From: a bacterium | GTDB lineage: Bacteria; Arandabacterota; Arandabacteria; Arandabacterales; JALGWA01 | DNA length: 55,304 nucleotides | Assembly (NCBI GenBank): GCA_050125095.1 | Contig: JASFEA010000003.1 | Coordinates: 1-55,304 of the forward strand | Direction of reading: 5' to 3' | Part shown: piece by piece, positions 35,591-45,722 of the stretch | How the letters are laid out: each line of letters starts with the position of its first letter | How positions within the stretch are numbered: the stretch's first letter is position 1 | Program-made: the position numbers and the translations under genes | Notes under the pieces: model-generated | The model's database searches: none | What the model was told of the DNA's origin: nothing | Seen by the model: only the letters and a program-made list of their open reading frames with translations

Positions 35591-36358
35591 CTACCGGGGA
35601 CCTTTCTTGGCTGATATACCGCCGAAGCGCCGCTCGCGTCTCTGGAACTCCCCTATTGCCTCATAGAGATGGCTGCGCCTGAAATCCGGCCACAATACGT
35701 CCGTAACGTAGAGCTCCGAATAAGCCATCTGCCAGAGCAGGAAATTGCTTATGCGAAGCTCGCCGCTGGTTCTTATGAGAAGATCCGGGTCGGGCACATC
35801 TCCCCTGTAGAGCCGCAGCCTCAGAGTGGACTCGGTGATGCTCCCCGGCCTGAGTTCGCCCGCCTCTACCTCTCGCGCCACCCTCCTTACCGCGTCCAGC
35901 AGCTCCGTTCGCCCGCTGTATGAAAGCGCGAGTATCAGGTTGAGCCCGGTGTTTCCCGAGAGATACTCGATGCTCCTCGCCAGCTCGTCCCTCACCGGCC
36001 CGGGCAGGTCCTTGATCCTGCCGATGGCGCTGAGCCTCACGTTGTTCCTGTCGAGCTCGTCCCGCTCGCGCCTCAGCGTCCCGCGCAGAAACCTCATAAG
36101 AGCGCCGACTTCAGTCTTGGGGCGGCTCCAGTTTTCAGTGGAGAAAGTGTAGAGCGTGAGATAGTCGACGCCGAGGGCCCCGCAGCCCTTCACGACTTCC
36201 CGGACGGACTTTATTCCGGCCCTGTGTCCGGCCACCCTCGGGAGGTTTCGCTTCCTGGCCCAGCGCCCGTTGCCGTCCATGATGACTGCTACATGCTGCG
36301 GCACGGGACCCGATCTTTTGAGATTCTCCTCGGTCTGCTTGAATTCTTTTTCGGTCAT
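35591..36358 (-). CDS. uppS: isoprenyl transferase (undecaprenyl diphosphate synthase)
   Basis: 255 aa. HVAVIMDGNGRWARKRNLPRVAGHRAG, FSTENWSRP and RTSGELRISNFLLWQ. Confidence 0.95.
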   Translation of the reverse strand: MTEKEFKQTEENLKRSGPVPQHVAVIMDGNGRWARKRNLPRVAGHRAGIKSVREVVKGCGALGVDYLTLYTFSTENWSRPKTEVGALMRFLRGTLRRERDELDRNNVRLSAIGRIKDLPGPVRDELARSIEYLSGNTGLNLILALSYSGRTELLDAVRRVAREVEAGELRPGSITESTLRLRLYRGDVPDPDLLIRTSGELRISNFLLWQMAYSELYVTDVLWPDFRRSHLYEAIGEFQRRERRFGGISAKKGPR

Positions 36359-36399
36359 GAGGCCGGAGCGACCCGGGGCCCTAGGGAAGATACGCCCCC

Positions 36400-36957
36400 C
36401 TAGACCTCCATGATCTCCTTTTCCTTATCTGCAAGCACCTTGTCGATTTCCTCGACATATTTGTCGGTGAGCTTCTGGACCTTGTCCACTGCCTTGTGGG
36501 AATCGTCCTCCGAAATATCACCGTCCTTCTGGGCTTTCTTAAGGTGCTCGTTCGCATCCCGCCGGATGTTCCGCACCGAGACTCTGGACTCCTCGGCATG
36601 CTTCTTCACGACCTTGACGAGCTCCACTCTTCGTTCCTCTGTGAGCGGAGGTATGGGGAGCCTTATGACGTTCTTGTCTGTGTTGGGCACGAGCCCGGTA
36701 TTCGACTTCTGGATCGCCTTCTCCACGTCCGAGACTATGGTCTGGTCCCAGGGCTGGACGAGTATGAGGCGCGGCTCTGGCACGCTTATACTCGCAACCT
36801 GATTGAGCGGCATCGACTGCCCGTAGGCATCCACCTTGATGCCGTCAAGCAGAGTGGTCGTCGCCTTGCCCGTCCTTATGGTGGCAAGCTCACGCCTGAA
36901 TGCCGCAAGAGACTTCTTCATCTTCTCTTCAGTCTCTTCGAGAATCAGGTCAATCAT
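36400..36957 (-). CDS. frr: ribosome recycling factor
   Basis: 185 aa. RTGKATTTLLDGIKVDAYG and RVSVRNIRRDANE. Confidence 0.95.
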   Translation of the reverse strand: MIDLILEETEEKMKKSLAAFRRELATIRTGKATTTLLDGIKVDAYGQSMPLNQVASISVPEPRLILVQPWDQTIVSDVEKAIQKSNTGLVPNTDKNVIRLPIPPLTEERRVELVKVVKKHAEESRVSVRNIRRDANEHLKKAQKDGDISEDDSHKAVDKVQKLTDKYVEEIDKVLADKEKEIMEV

Positions 36958-37679
36958 TCGACACCCCCCTCGACTATGGTTCCGATTTGCTCTCCCAGTA
37001 TGACTCTCTTAATGCTGTCTTCTTCATTGACGTTGAAAACCACGACAGGAATGCCCCGGTCCTCGCAGAGCGACAGGGCCGGTCTGTCCATGAAACTCAA
37101 CCTGAGGTCGAGCGCGTCCTTGAAACTCAGGCGATCGAAGCGCGTGGCCGTGGAGTCGACCATGGGATCGGCCGAATAGACCCCGTCCACTTTGGTGGCC
37201 TTGAGCAGGGCGTCCGCCCCCGTCTCGGCCGCGCGTATGGCGGCCGCAGTGTCGGTGGTAAAGAACGGACTTCCCGTCCCCCCGGCAAAGACGACCACCC
37301 TACCGCTGGCCAGATGCTCGGTGGCCCTGTCGGGGTTGTAGGCCGCGGCAAGCGTGCCTACCGGGATGGGCGACATCACGACTACTTCCAGGCCCTCGCG
37401 CCGCCCGACGTCGCGTATGGCGAGGCCGTTAATTACCGTGCCCAGCATGCCGATGTGGTCGGCCGTAACGCGCGTGAGTCCGGAACTCCCGGAATCGCAG
37501 CCCCTCAGGATATTGCCGCCGCCCACCACGATGCCCACGCTGGTGCCGAGGTCCATTACGGACCTCACCTGCTTGAGAACGGCGGCTATGAAGGCGGTAT
37601 CGATCCCGTTGTCAGAGGAACTGCCCAGCACCTCGCCGCTGAGCTTCAGGATCACCCTTTTGTAAAGAGGAGCAGTCAC
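36954..37679 (-). CDS. pyrH: UMP kinase
   Basis: 241 aa. YKRVILKLSGEVLG, VVGGGNILRG, and GTGSPFFTTDTAAAIRAAE. Confidence 0.95.
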   Translation of the reverse strand: MTAPLYKRVILKLSGEVLGSSSDNGIDTAFIAAVLKQVRSVMDLGTSVGIVVGGGNILRGCDSGSSGLTRVTADHIGMLGTVINGLAIRDVGRREGLEVVVMSPIPVGTLAAAYNPDRATEHLASGRVVVFAGGTGSPFFTTDTAAAIRAAETGADALLKATKVDGVYSADPMVDSTATRFDRLSFKDALDLRLSFMDRPALSLCEDRGIPVVVFNVNEEDSIKRVILGEQIGTIVEGGVE

Positions 37680-37696
37680 ATGCTACCTCTGGTTGC

Positions 37697-38296
37697 CTAT
37701 GACTCCTGGCCTAGCTCGTAGCGGGTGAATCTCCTCACCACGATGTTCTCGCCTACCTTGCCGGCGAATTCCTTGACCAGGTCGCCGATTTTCCTGTCGG
37801 GATCCCTGATGTATTCCTGGTCGAGGAGACATGCTTCCTGCATGAACTTGTCCAGCTTCCCCTCGATGATCTTGTCTATGACTTTCTCGGGCTTGCCCTC
37901 TTCGAGCGCCTGCGCCTTGTAGATCTCCTTCTCGCGGTCGACCACCGCCTGATCCAGATCTTCCCTGGACACCGCGAGCGGCTTGGTCGCCGCGATCTGA
38001 AGCGCGATGGCGTGAACGAGCTCTACGAACTCGTCGGTCCTTGCCACGAAGTCGGTCTCGGAATTGACCTCCACGATCACGCCGATGCGGTCGCCCGGAT
38101 GCACATAGGTATGAACAAGGCCCTCGGCCGCTTTCCTGTGCGTGATCTTGGCGGCCTTCTCCTGTCCCTTCTTCCTCAGGTACTCTACGGCCTTTTCTAT
38201 GTCACCGCCCCCCTCCTTGAGGGCGGCTTTGCAGTTCATGATTCCTGCGCCCGTTTTCTCGCGCAGCTCCTTTATCTTGTCCATCGACATTTCCAT
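37697..38296 (-). CDS. tsf: translation elongation factor Ts (short ~200-aa form)
   Basis: I start at ATG 38296 behind GGAGGA (MEMSMDKIKELREKTGAGIMNCKAALKE). The track start 38434 would overlap rpsB. Confidence 0.9.
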   Translation of the reverse strand: MEMSMDKIKELREKTGAGIMNCKAALKEGGGDIEKAVEYLRKKGQEKAAKITHRKAAEGLVHTYVHPGDRIGVIVEVNSETDFVARTDEFVELVHAIALQIAATKPLAVSREDLDQAVVDREKEIYKAQALEEGKPEKVIDKIIEGKLDKFMQEACLLDQEYIRDPDRKIGDLVKEFAGKVGENIVVRRFTRYELGQES

Positions 38297-38309
38297 TGGG
38301 TCCTCCGTC

Positions 38310-39095
38310 CTACTCTTCCTGCTTGTCTGCGGCACCCGCGGACTTAGCGGCCTCAACCGCTTCGCCCCCGGCGTCCTTATCTTCGGGCACCGTCGCGCCT
38401 TCGGACTTGATACCCTTGGCTTCGATTGCGCCATTGGAAACCGCCCTGGAGAAGAGCCTTATTGAGCGAATGGCGTCGTCATTGCCCGGAATGGGAAAAT
38501 CTATGGGGTCGGGATCGCAGTTGGTATCCACAATACCGATAATGGGGATGCGAAGCCTGTTGGCCTCCGCCACGGCGATCCTCTCTTTTCTCGTATCCAC
38601 CACGAAGACCAGCCCCGGAAGTCCTTCCATGTTCCGGATGCCGTCAAGCACCTTCTCCAGCTTGGCCTTCTGCTTCATGAGCATGGTGCCTTCCTTCTTG
38701 GAGAGGGCCGCAAGGCGCCCGTCGGCCTCCATGGCCTCAAGGTCCTCCAGCCGCTTGACGTTGTTGCGGATGGTCTTGTAGTTGGTCAGCATCCCGCCGA
38801 GCCAGCGCTCAGTGACATAGGGCATGTCACTTCTCTTGGCCTCTTCCTTGATGACGTCCTTGGCCTGCTTCTTGGTGCCGACGAAGAGGACCTGCTTGCC
38901 GCTTTCGACGACCTGCTTGACTTTCCTGGTTGCGTTCTCCAGAGCCTCCATGGTCTTCTGGAGATCGATTATATAGATGCCGCTTCTTTCGACGAAGATG
39001 AACCGTTTCATCTTCGGGTTCCATCTTCGCTTCTGGTGACCAAAATGAACGCCTGCTTCAAGCAGGCTCTTCATGGTAACGCCTTCTACAGCCAT
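38310..39095 (-). CDS. rpsB: 30S ribosomal protein S2
   Basis: 261 aa. [19 protein letters not shown] and DTNCDPD, with an acidic C-terminal tail. Confidence 0.95.
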   Translation of the reverse strand: MAVEGVTMKSLLEAGVHFGHQKRRWNPKMKRFIFVERSGIYIIDLQKTMEALENATRKVKQVVESGKQVLFVGTKKQAKDVIKEEAKRSDMPYVTERWLGGMLTNYKTIRNNVKRLEDLEAMEADGRLAALSKKEGTMLMKQKAKLEKVLDGIRNMEGLPGLVFVVDTRKERIAVAEANRLRIPIIGIVDTNCDPDPIDFPIPGNDDAIRSIRLFSRAVSNGAIEAKGIKSEGATVPEDKDAGGEAVEAAKSAGAADKQEE

Positions 39096-39197
39096 GTCAG
39101 TACCTCGCTTTTGGGTTTGGCCTCCGCCTCCCTGTCCTCTCTACCGGACCAGTGGCCCGGACCCAGAGAGGAAACGGGAGACGTGTGAATTTCTATA

Positions 39198-39587
39198 TTA
39201 CCTCTTGGAGAACTGGAATCTCTTCCGCGCCCCGGGCTGACCGTACTTCTTTCTCTCCTTCATCCTGGGGTCGCGAGAGAGGTATCCCGCATCTCGCAAG
39301 GGTTTGTAAAGCGTCTCGTCCATGGACGCAAGCGCTCTCGCCAGCCCGAGCCGGACGGCCCCAGCCTGCCCGGTCTTGCCGCCGCCGCGCACGTCCACGA
39401 TAACGTCAATCGAATCGGCAGTAGTGCAAAGCCTGAGTGGCTCTTCCGCATGAATCGAAGTTCCGTCGCGATCGAAATACTCGCGGAAGGAGTGCCCGTT
39501 CACGGAGCGCTTGCCCCCGCCCTCCTTTATGGACACCCTGGCCACCGACTCTTTTCTCCTGCCGGTCGCCCTGCTGAGTTCCTTCAA
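39198..39587 (-). CDS. rpsI: 30S ribosomal protein S9
   Basis: 129 aa. GGGKTGQAGAVRLGLARAL and C-terminal RKKYGQPGARKRFQFSKR. Confidence 0.95.
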   Translation of the reverse strand: MKELSRATGRRKESVARVSIKEGGGKRSVNGHSFREYFDRDGTSIHAEEPLRLCTTADSIDVIVDVRGGGKTGQAGAVRLGLARALASMDETLYKPLRDAGYLSRDPRMKERKKYGQPGARKRFQFSKR

Positions 39588-39602
39588 ACACTCACCTCCC
39601 CG

Positions 39603-40013
39603 TCAATTCAGTTCGAGTGTTTCGGGTTTCTGAGCCTCGTGAGGGTGTTCGGCCTCACGATAGACTCTGAGTTTCTTCGCCATCTTTCTGCCAAGCTTCG
39701 TATGAGGGAGCATGCCCTTGATGGCCTTCTCGACCACCAGCTCGGGCTTCTGGGCCATGAGCTTCTCATAGCTCAGCCTCTTGAGGCCCCCGGCATAACC
39801 GGAGTACCTGGTCATCTCTTTCTGCTCGATCTTCCTCCCCGTAAGTACGATCTTGGACGCGTTGACGACTATGACGTGGTCACCGACGTCGACGTGCGGG
39901 GCGTACTGGGGCTTGTGTTTTCCCCTCAATATGCCCGCGACGCGGCTCGCAAGCCGGCCGAGTACCTGCCCGTCCGCATCGACGACGTACCACTTCCTAT
40001 CCACGCTTTCCAT
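39603..40013 (-). CDS. rplM: 50S ribosomal protein L13
   Basis: I start at ATG 40013 (SD GGGAGGAG; [23 protein letters not shown]). The track start 40073 lies upstream of the predicted transcription start. Confidence 0.9.
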   Translation of the reverse strand: MESVDRKWYVVDADGQVLGRLASRVAGILRGKHKPQYAPHVDVGDHVIVVNASKIVLTGRKIEQKEMTRYSGYAGGLKRLSYEKLMAQKPELVVEKAIKGMLPHTKLGRKMAKKLRVYREAEHPHEAQKPETLELN

Positions 40014-40057
40014 GTACTCCTCCCAGCGCATTCTGTGATAATCGTAGCTTTCTAACC

Positions 40058-40086
40058 AATTTAACACCCTCATTTCCCGCTGTCAA
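40058..40086 (-). promoter_or_regulatory. sigma70 promoter TTGACA-N17-TAAATT for rplM-rpsI
   Basis: Minus strand -35 at 40086-40081 and -10 at 40063-40058. Predicts a ~38-nt leader. Confidence 0.55.
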
Positions 40087-40125
40087 CGCCTAAAACGGCA
40101 GTGTGGCCGTGCGCGTAATCCCGGC

Positions 40126-41163
40126 CTATTTGAGGTCAAATGGGGGGCTAAAAAGGCCCATCTCGGTGATGATGCCCGTAACCAGGCCCGCCGGGGTGAC
40201 GTCGAAGGCAGGGTTCGCCGCCCGGACGCCTTCGGGCACAATGCGGGTCCCGCCGATGGTGGTGACCTCGGCCTCGGCCCTCTCCTCTATGGGTATCTGG
40301 TCACCCGTGGCCAGGTCGAAGTCTATGGTAGAAGACGGGGCGGCAACGTAGAATGGCACGCCGTTGGCACTGGCGCTTAAGGCTACCCCATATGTCCCTA
40401 TCTTGTTGGCGAAGTCGCCGCTCGATGTAATGCGGTCGGCTCCCACGAAGGCGATGTCGACTTTGCCGCGCGCCATCATGAGGTGGGCAGCGGAGTCGCA
40501 GACCACCGTGACGTCTATGCCGGCGTGCTTGAGCTCCCAGGCCGTGAGCCTGGCGCCCTGGAGTAGCGGCCTTGTCTCATCCGCGATCACGCTGACCTTT
40601 GTCCCCCGCGAGTGGGCGACATATACGGGAGCTATGGCCGTACCGAAACCCGATGTCGCAAGCCCCCCGGCATTGCAGTGAGTGAGGACGGTGAAGCCGT
40701 CCTTGATAAGTCCAGCACCGATCTCGCCGATCCTGTAGCCCATTTCGAGGTCTTCCTCGTATATGCGGAGCGCCTCGGCCTCGAGCGCCTTGGCGGTCTC
40801 TTCTGAAGAGCGCTTCTCCTTTCCCGCATTCAGCACGCCGCGCATGCGGCCCAGGGCCCAGAAGAGATTCACGGCAGTGGGCCGCGTGGCGTTGAGCTCG
40901 TTAATCGCATGGGTCACCCGGGCCTCGAAGGTATCCCACGAGGATGCGGCACGCCGCTTCGCCTCTACTGCAACCCCCATGGCGGCGGCGATCCCGATGA
41001 GGGGCGCGCCCCTTACGGCAAGCGTCTTTATGGCGTCGGCGAACTCGCCCACTTCCGCGATCTCCACATGCGTCTCCGACCCGGGCAGGGCCCGCTGGTC
41101 GATGATGCGCACCGAGTCGCCCAGCCATTCTATAGGTTTCACGGGTGGTTCATGCATTTTCAC
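40126..41163 (-). CDS. mtnA: S-methyl-5-thioribose-1-phosphate isomerase (eIF-2B alpha/beta/delta-like family)
   Basis: 345 aa. IIDQRALP, AIKTLAVRGAPLIGIAAAMG, LTHCNAG, ADETRPLLQGARLTAWEL and VGADRI. Confidence 0.85.
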   Translation of the reverse strand: MKMHEPPVKPIEWLGDSVRIIDQRALPGSETHVEIAEVGEFADAIKTLAVRGAPLIGIAAAMGVAVEAKRRAASSWDTFEARVTHAINELNATRPTAVNLFWALGRMRGVLNAGKEKRSSEETAKALEAEALRIYEEDLEMGYRIGEIGAGLIKDGFTVLTHCNAGGLATSGFGTAIAPVYVAHSRGTKVSVIADETRPLLQGARLTAWELKHAGIDVTVVCDSAAHLMMARGKVDIAFVGADRITSSGDFANKIGTYGVALSASANGVPFYVAAPSSTIDFDLATGDQIPIEERAEAEVTTIGGTRIVPEGVRAANPAFDVTPAGLVTGIITEMGLFSPPFDLK

Positions 41164-41579
41164 TCTCCCATGATCTGGACGATCACTCTTCGCCCTCTCG
41201 ACTTATTGTCGAAGTCTATGACAACGATCTGCTGCCAGGTCCCGAGGAGGAGGCTCTTACCCTTCACCGGGACAGTGAGCGACGCCCCGAGAAGCGCCGC
41301 CCGCACGTGCGAGAATCCGTTGCCGTCCCCCCATGTGGCGTCATGAGCATAGGGCACACCACGCGGAGCCAGCTTCTCGAACAGATCGGGCAGGTCCTTC
41401 AAGAGACCCGGCTCGTATTCGATGGTCGTAACGCCGGCGGTAGAGCCCGGCGTGAAGACAGTGACCGTGCCCTCGCTTATGCCCGACTGCCTCACGAGGT
41501 CGGCCACCGTGTCGGTCACGTCCCTTATGTCGCAGTACCCCCTGGTGTTGATCTTGAATTCGCGCGTATCAACCGACAT
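41160..41579 (-). CDS. yjbQ: YjbQ/UPF0047 family protein (secondary thiamine-phosphate synthase enzyme)
   Basis: 139 aa. GTVTVFTPGSTAGVTTIEYEPGLL, NGFSHVRAALLGASLTVPV and LGTWQQIVVIDFD. Confidence 0.85.
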   Translation of the reverse strand: MSVDTREFKINTRGYCDIRDVTDTVADLVRQSGISEGTVTVFTPGSTAGVTTIEYEPGLLKDLPDLFEKLAPRGVPYAHDATWGDGNGFSHVRAALLGASLTVPVKGKSLLLGTWQQIVVIDFDNKSRGRRVIVQIMGE

Positions 41580-42189
41580 GTGGTTTGCCTCCGGGCTGCC
41601 CGGTAAGGTCCTTAAGAAGCCGCAAGAGCCTCACAAGCGGGAGACCCACCACATTGAAATAGCAGCCCTCCACCGTTTCGACTATGGCGGCGCCATAACC
41701 CTGTATGCCGTAAGAGCCCGCCTTGTCCATGGGCTCTCCCGTCTTGATGTAAGCCCGTATCTCGTCCGGGCTCATCTCCCTTATCCTGACGCGGGTCGTC
41801 TCGTAGCCCGCCGTGCTCTCGCCCGTCCCGGCATCCACTACCGCGAGGCCCGTGTATACCACATGCCATGCGCCCGACAGTCTCGTGAGCATCCGGAAGG
41901 CTTGCTCTTCATCTGCCGGCTTCTCCAGTATCTCACCATCCAGAAGCACTATGGTGTCCGCGCCCAGCACCAGGCCGGACTCACGGCCGGCCGCCACCGA
42001 CCTGGCCTTGACCTCCGCCAGCCGCACGACGTGGGTCACAGGGTCCTCGTCCGCGTGCTCTTCTTCATCAACCATGGGCGGCACCACTTCGAAGTCGAAG
42101 CCGACCAGGCTTAAGAGGAATCTCCGGCGCGGAGAAGCCGACGCCAGAATCAAAGGACGATCGAAAAACGGGAACGTGCCTGCCGGCAA
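41569..42189 (-). CDS. maf: Maf-family nucleoside triphosphate pyrophosphatase
   Basis: 206 aa. LILASASPRRRFLL, GADTIVLLDG, and DKAGSYGIQG. Confidence 0.85.
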   Translation of the reverse strand: MPAGTFPFFDRPLILASASPRRRFLLSLVGFDFEVVPPMVDEEEHADEDPVTHVVRLAEVKARSVAAGRESGLVLGADTIVLLDGEILEKPADEEQAFRMLTRLSGAWHVVYTGLAVVDAGTGESTAGYETTRVRIREMSPDEIRAYIKTGEPMDKAGSYGIQGYGAAIVETVEGCYFNVVGLPLVRLLRLLKDLTGQPGGKPHVG

Positions 42190-42204
42190 GGGCCTACCTT
42201 TCTG

Positions 42205-42642
42205 TTATCTTTCTATTACGAGAGTCACGGGACCCTCATTCTCGATTTCGACCAGCATGCGGGCCTGAAACACGCCCGTCTCGACCTCGATGCCCTCGGC
42301 GCGCAGGGCATCGACGAATACCCCGTAGAGCCGCTCGGCGACCTCGGGCTCGGCGGCTTCGGTGAAGCTCGGACGACGGCCCTTGTCGCAATTGCCGTAG
42401 AGCGTGAACTGCGAGACCACGAGCGCCGCGCCTCCTACGTCGGCCAAGGAGAGGTTCATGAGTCCATCGGCGTCCTCGAACACCCTTAAGCCCGCGCATT
42501 TCCTGGCGAGCCAGACGGCTTCATTCTCACTGTCGCCTTTGCCAACACCCAGGAGTATGCAGAAACCCCTTCCTATCTCCCCCACGCTCGCGCCGTCTAC
42601 GGTTACTTTTGCGCCGGCAACTCTCTGGATAACCGCCTTCAC
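42205..42642 (-). CDS. dtd: D-aminoacyl-tRNA deacylase
   Basis: I start at GTG 42642 (VKAVIQRV...; the upstream gene ends at 42651). [17 protein letters not shown] motif. Confidence 0.9.
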   Translation of the reverse strand: MKAVIQRVAGAKVTVDGASVGEIGRGFCILLGVGKGDSENEAVWLARKCAGLRVFEDADGLMNLSLADVGGAALVVSQFTLYGNCDKGRRPSFTEAAEPEVAERLYGVFVDALRAEGIEVETGVFQARMLVEIENEGPVTLVIER

Positions 42643-42650
42643 GCCCGACC

Positions 42651-43496
42651 TCAACCTGTAATCATCAGATAAGTGTACATCCTGCCGCACGCTTCGCCCT
42701 CGGCCCTGTAAGAGCTGAGCGCGTCGCTCTGGCACGATGTACATGTATTATCTGTGAAAACAGAGTCCCGGTCAATGCCGGCGTTGACAAGGCGCATGCC
42801 CACCAGGCGCCTGAGGTCGAAGGCCGTGCGGCCGCCCGCCTCAAGACCGTCCGCCGTGACCGAGCACTCCCGAACCTCGAGCTCGCTGAAAGACCCTAGG
42901 AAATCTGCGCCGACCTCGTAGCAGCAGGCCCCGACCGAGGGCCCGATCAGAAAACGCGCCGCCCCGCGACTGTCCGCGCCGGCAAGCGAGTCCAACTCCT
43001 TAAGCAGGTTCTCGACGATCCCTGCCGAGATGCCCCGCCAGCCGCAGTGGGCGACCCCGATGACCCGCGCGCTCTCATTCACGGCCATGAGCGGAATGCA
43101 GTCAGCCGTGTTGACCCCTATCACGATCCCGCAGTCGGAAGTCACCAGGCCGTCGCAGGCAGGCGCGTACACGGACCCTTCATCCCCGGCCGGGGCCTCC
43201 GGCCCGCCGGTTTCGACCGTGTCATGCCTAATCCCAGCACCGACACGCATTACTTTGCTGGCGTGAACCTGAACCGGAATGACTACTTTGCGGGGCGCGG
43301 GCCCGATGTCAGCCATCACGAAATCCTTGACAAGCCGGCGCCATGAGGAATCCCGGCTCTCATAACCGGGGTCCTTGAATACCACGGTTCCATGGACGAG
43401 CCACGGAGACTTAAGGCGGGAATACGTAATCGATACGCGGCCCGAGACCCGAGTTCTGGTGGGAACCGCCCCGGGGAAACGGAATGCATCATTCAC
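42651..43496 (-). CDS. pgeF: YfiH/PgeF family (DUF152) laccase-domain protein, peptidoglycan editing factor
   Basis: ADCIPL and [19 protein letters not shown] are the conserved Cys/His motifs. The exact start is uncertain (the track start overlaps relA by 8 nt). Confidence 0.75.
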   Translation of the reverse strand: MNDAFRFPGAVPTRTRVSGRVSITYSRLKSPWLVHGTVVFKDPGYESRDSSWRRLVKDFVMADIGPAPRKVVIPVQVHASKVMRVGAGIRHDTVETGGPEAPAGDEGSVYAPACDGLVTSDCGIVIGVNTADCIPLMAVNESARVIGVAHCGWRGISAGIVENLLKELDSLAGADSRGAARFLIGPSVGACCYEVGADFLGSFSELEVRECSVTADGLEAGGRTAFDLRRLVGMRLVNAGIDRDSVFTDNTCTSCQSDALSSYRAEGEACGRMYTYLMITG

Positions 43497-45651
43497 TCAA
43501 TACGTCACCTTTCCTTGTGACGCTGTGCACACCCTTGATCCTGGCTATAGATTTCACGACCCGGTGGAGCTGATGGAGATTGTGGACGTCCACGAGGAAT
43601 GACGCAATTCCCATGACGCCTTCGCTCCTCACGTCCGCGCTGAGAATGTCCGCACTCTCATCCGATATTGCCCTGGCGATCTCGGCCAGCATGCTGCGGC
43701 GATCCTCGTTGGTGACCGTGATGAGCACCGGGAAGGCCTGCTTGGGTTCGGTGTCCCACTCCACCTTGATGACGTTTCCGGCATTCAAGCCGAGCCCCAC
43801 CACGTTGGGGCAGAACGACCTGTGAACCGAAATCCCACGGCCCTTGGTGATAACCCCCACGATGTCGTCTCCGGGGACGGGCTGGCAGCATTTGGCGAAG
43901 CGGACGACAATACCTTCCATACCCTGCACCCTGACGCCCGAGGGCGGCGCCTTCGGGCGGACTTCCCTGTCGAGATCGGGAACCTTGTCCTCTTCCGGGC
44001 ACGCCTTTCTTATTACCTGCATCACCGAAACATCGCCGGAGCCCACCGCGGCAAGAAGCTGCTCGGCATCGTCCCTGCCGAAGGACTGCGCGAGCTCGTC
44101 CAGGTCCTTGTCTTTGGGCATTTCATGGCGCGCTTTCCTGAAGCCCTTCTCCAGCATGTCCTTGCCGATCTCCACGCTGTCGCTGTATCCCTTGGTCTTG
44201 AGCCAGCGCTTTATGCGCGACTTTGCGGTCGATGTCTGGACTATCTTGAGCCAGTCGTCGTGGGGCTCGGCGTCCTTCTGGGTGATGATCTCGACAGTAT
44301 CGCCGTTCTTGAGCTGGTAGTTGAAGGGTACGAGCCTGCCGTTTACCTTGGCGCCCACGCAGTGATGCCCGACCTCGGTGTGGACGGCGTACGCGAAGTC
44401 GATGGGCGTCGCACCCATGGGCAGGTTCTTGAGGTCGCCCCTCGGGGTGAAAATGAATATCTCATTGTGATAGAGGTCGGCCTTGAGAGAGGTGAGGAAT
44501 TCGTTGGGATCTGTGAAGTCGCGGAGCCACTCCAGGGTCTGGCGGAGCCAGGTCAGCTGACGGTCGAGATCCTTGTCTGTCTTGCCGCCCTCCTTGTAGC
44601 GCCAATGGGCGGCGATCCCCTCCTCGGCCGTCTTATGCATTTCATCGGTTCTTATCTGTATCTCCACCATCTCGCCGCGCGGGCCGATAACCGTTGTGTG
44701 AAGCGACCTGTACATGTTGTGCTTGGGCGTGGCGATGAAGTCCTTTATGCGGTCGATGACGGGCGTGAAGCTCGAGTGGATGACGCCCAGGACCTTGTAG
44801 CAGTCGGGCACGTTCTTGGTTATCACGCGCACCGCCAGCAGGTCGAAGATGTCCTCTATGGGCCGCCCCTGGTTCTGCATCTTCATATAAATGCTGTAGA
44901 AGTGCTTGGCCCTGCCCTCGACTACCGCGTCGATGCCGTTCTCCTTTAGCTTCTCAACCAGGGGACCCTCTATCTCTTCTATGTAGCGCTCACGCTCCCT
45001 GCGGCTCTTGGCAATCTGTCTGGACAGGAAATCGTATGCCTCCGGGTCGAGGTACTTGAGCGCAAGGTCCTCGAGTTCCCACTTCACCTTGGCGATACCC
45101 AGGCGGTGTGCCAGCGGGGCGAACACGTCGAGCGTCTCTCTGGAGATCCTGATGCGGTCCTCTTCGGGAAGGTACTGCAGCGTGCGCATGTTGTGAAGGC
45201 GGTCGGCTATCTTTATGAGAATCACCCTGACGTCCTTGGCCATGGAGAGCAGCATCTTGCGGTAGTTCTCCATCTGCTGCTTCTCCGGGCTCTCGAAGCT
45301 CATCTCGCTGATGTGGGTGACCCCGTCCACGATATTGGAGACCTCGTCTCCGAACTCGTGCAGCACTTCGTCGAGCCCCACAGACGTATCCTCGACGATG
45401 TCGTGCAGAAGCCCGCCCGTTATGGTCACCGAATCGAGGTGAAGCTCGGCAAGTATGCGGGCCGTCTCCACACAGTGAGTGAGATACGGAGCCCCCGACA
45501 AGCGAATCTGGCCCTCATGGGACATCTGGCTGAAGAGGTAGGCGCGCCTTATGAGGTCGCGGTCGGCGTCCGGCCGCAAGGCGAGGATGTCGCCCAGGAA
45601 CTTGTCGAGCTGCGGATCCGCGGCCGCCGTCTTCTCACGCTTGACTGACAT
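43489..45651 (-). CDS. relA: bifunctional (p)ppGpp synthetase/hydrolase RelA/SpoT homolog
   Basis: 720 aa. HD domain (YLTHCVETARILAEL...GGLLHDIVEDT), synthetase (YRSLHTTV, EIQIRT), TGS and ACT regions. Confidence 0.95.
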   Translation of the reverse strand: MSVKREKTAAADPQLDKFLGDILALRPDADRDLIRRAYLFSQMSHEGQIRLSGAPYLTHCVETARILAELHLDSVTITGGLLHDIVEDTSVGLDEVLHEFGDEVSNIVDGVTHISEMSFESPEKQQMENYRKMLLSMAKDVRVILIKIADRLHNMRTLQYLPEEDRIRISRETLDVFAPLAHRLGIAKVKWELEDLALKYLDPEAYDFLSRQIAKSRRERERYIEEIEGPLVEKLKENGIDAVVEGRAKHFYSIYMKMQNQGRPIEDIFDLLAVRVITKNVPDCYKVLGVIHSSFTPVIDRIKDFIATPKHNMYRSLHTTVIGPRGEMVEIQIRTDEMHKTAEEGIAAHWRYKEGGKTDKDLDRQLTWLRQTLEWLRDFTDPNEFLTSLKADLYHNEIFIFTPRGDLKNLPMGATPIDFAYAVHTEVGHHCVGAKVNGRLVPFNYQLKNGDTVEIITQKDAEPHDDWLKIVQTSTAKSRIKRWLKTKGYSDSVEIGKDMLEKGFRKARHEMPKDKDLDELAQSFGRDDAEQLLAAVGSGDVSVMQVIRKACPEEDKVPDLDREVRPKAPPSGVRVQGMEGIVVRFAKCCQPVPGDDIVGVITKGRGISVHRSFCPNVVGLGLNAGNVIKVEWDTEPKQAFPVLITVTNEDRRSMLAEIARAISDESADILSADVRSEGVMGIASFLVDVHNLHQLHRVVKSIARIKGVHSVTRKGDVLSE

Positions 45652-45722
45652 CTATCGTGCCAACCTCGGTTTGGTGTTATATAAACCTTATCGGAAAGGC
45701 GCCGGTCTGCAAGTAGCGAATT

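Noticed and set aside
37697-38434. N-terminal extensions in the ORF track for tsf (38434), rplM (40073), dtd (42744), NlpC/P60 (5294), mntP (11073), the PorV-like gene (14576), the Zn-ribbon gene (47532), paralog 1 (14806) and the C25 gene (16372).
   Set aside because: The extensions overlap upstream genes, terminators or promoters and lack an SD. Internal starts with good SDs reproduce the normal family N-termini or signal peptides, so the shorter coordinates are reported.
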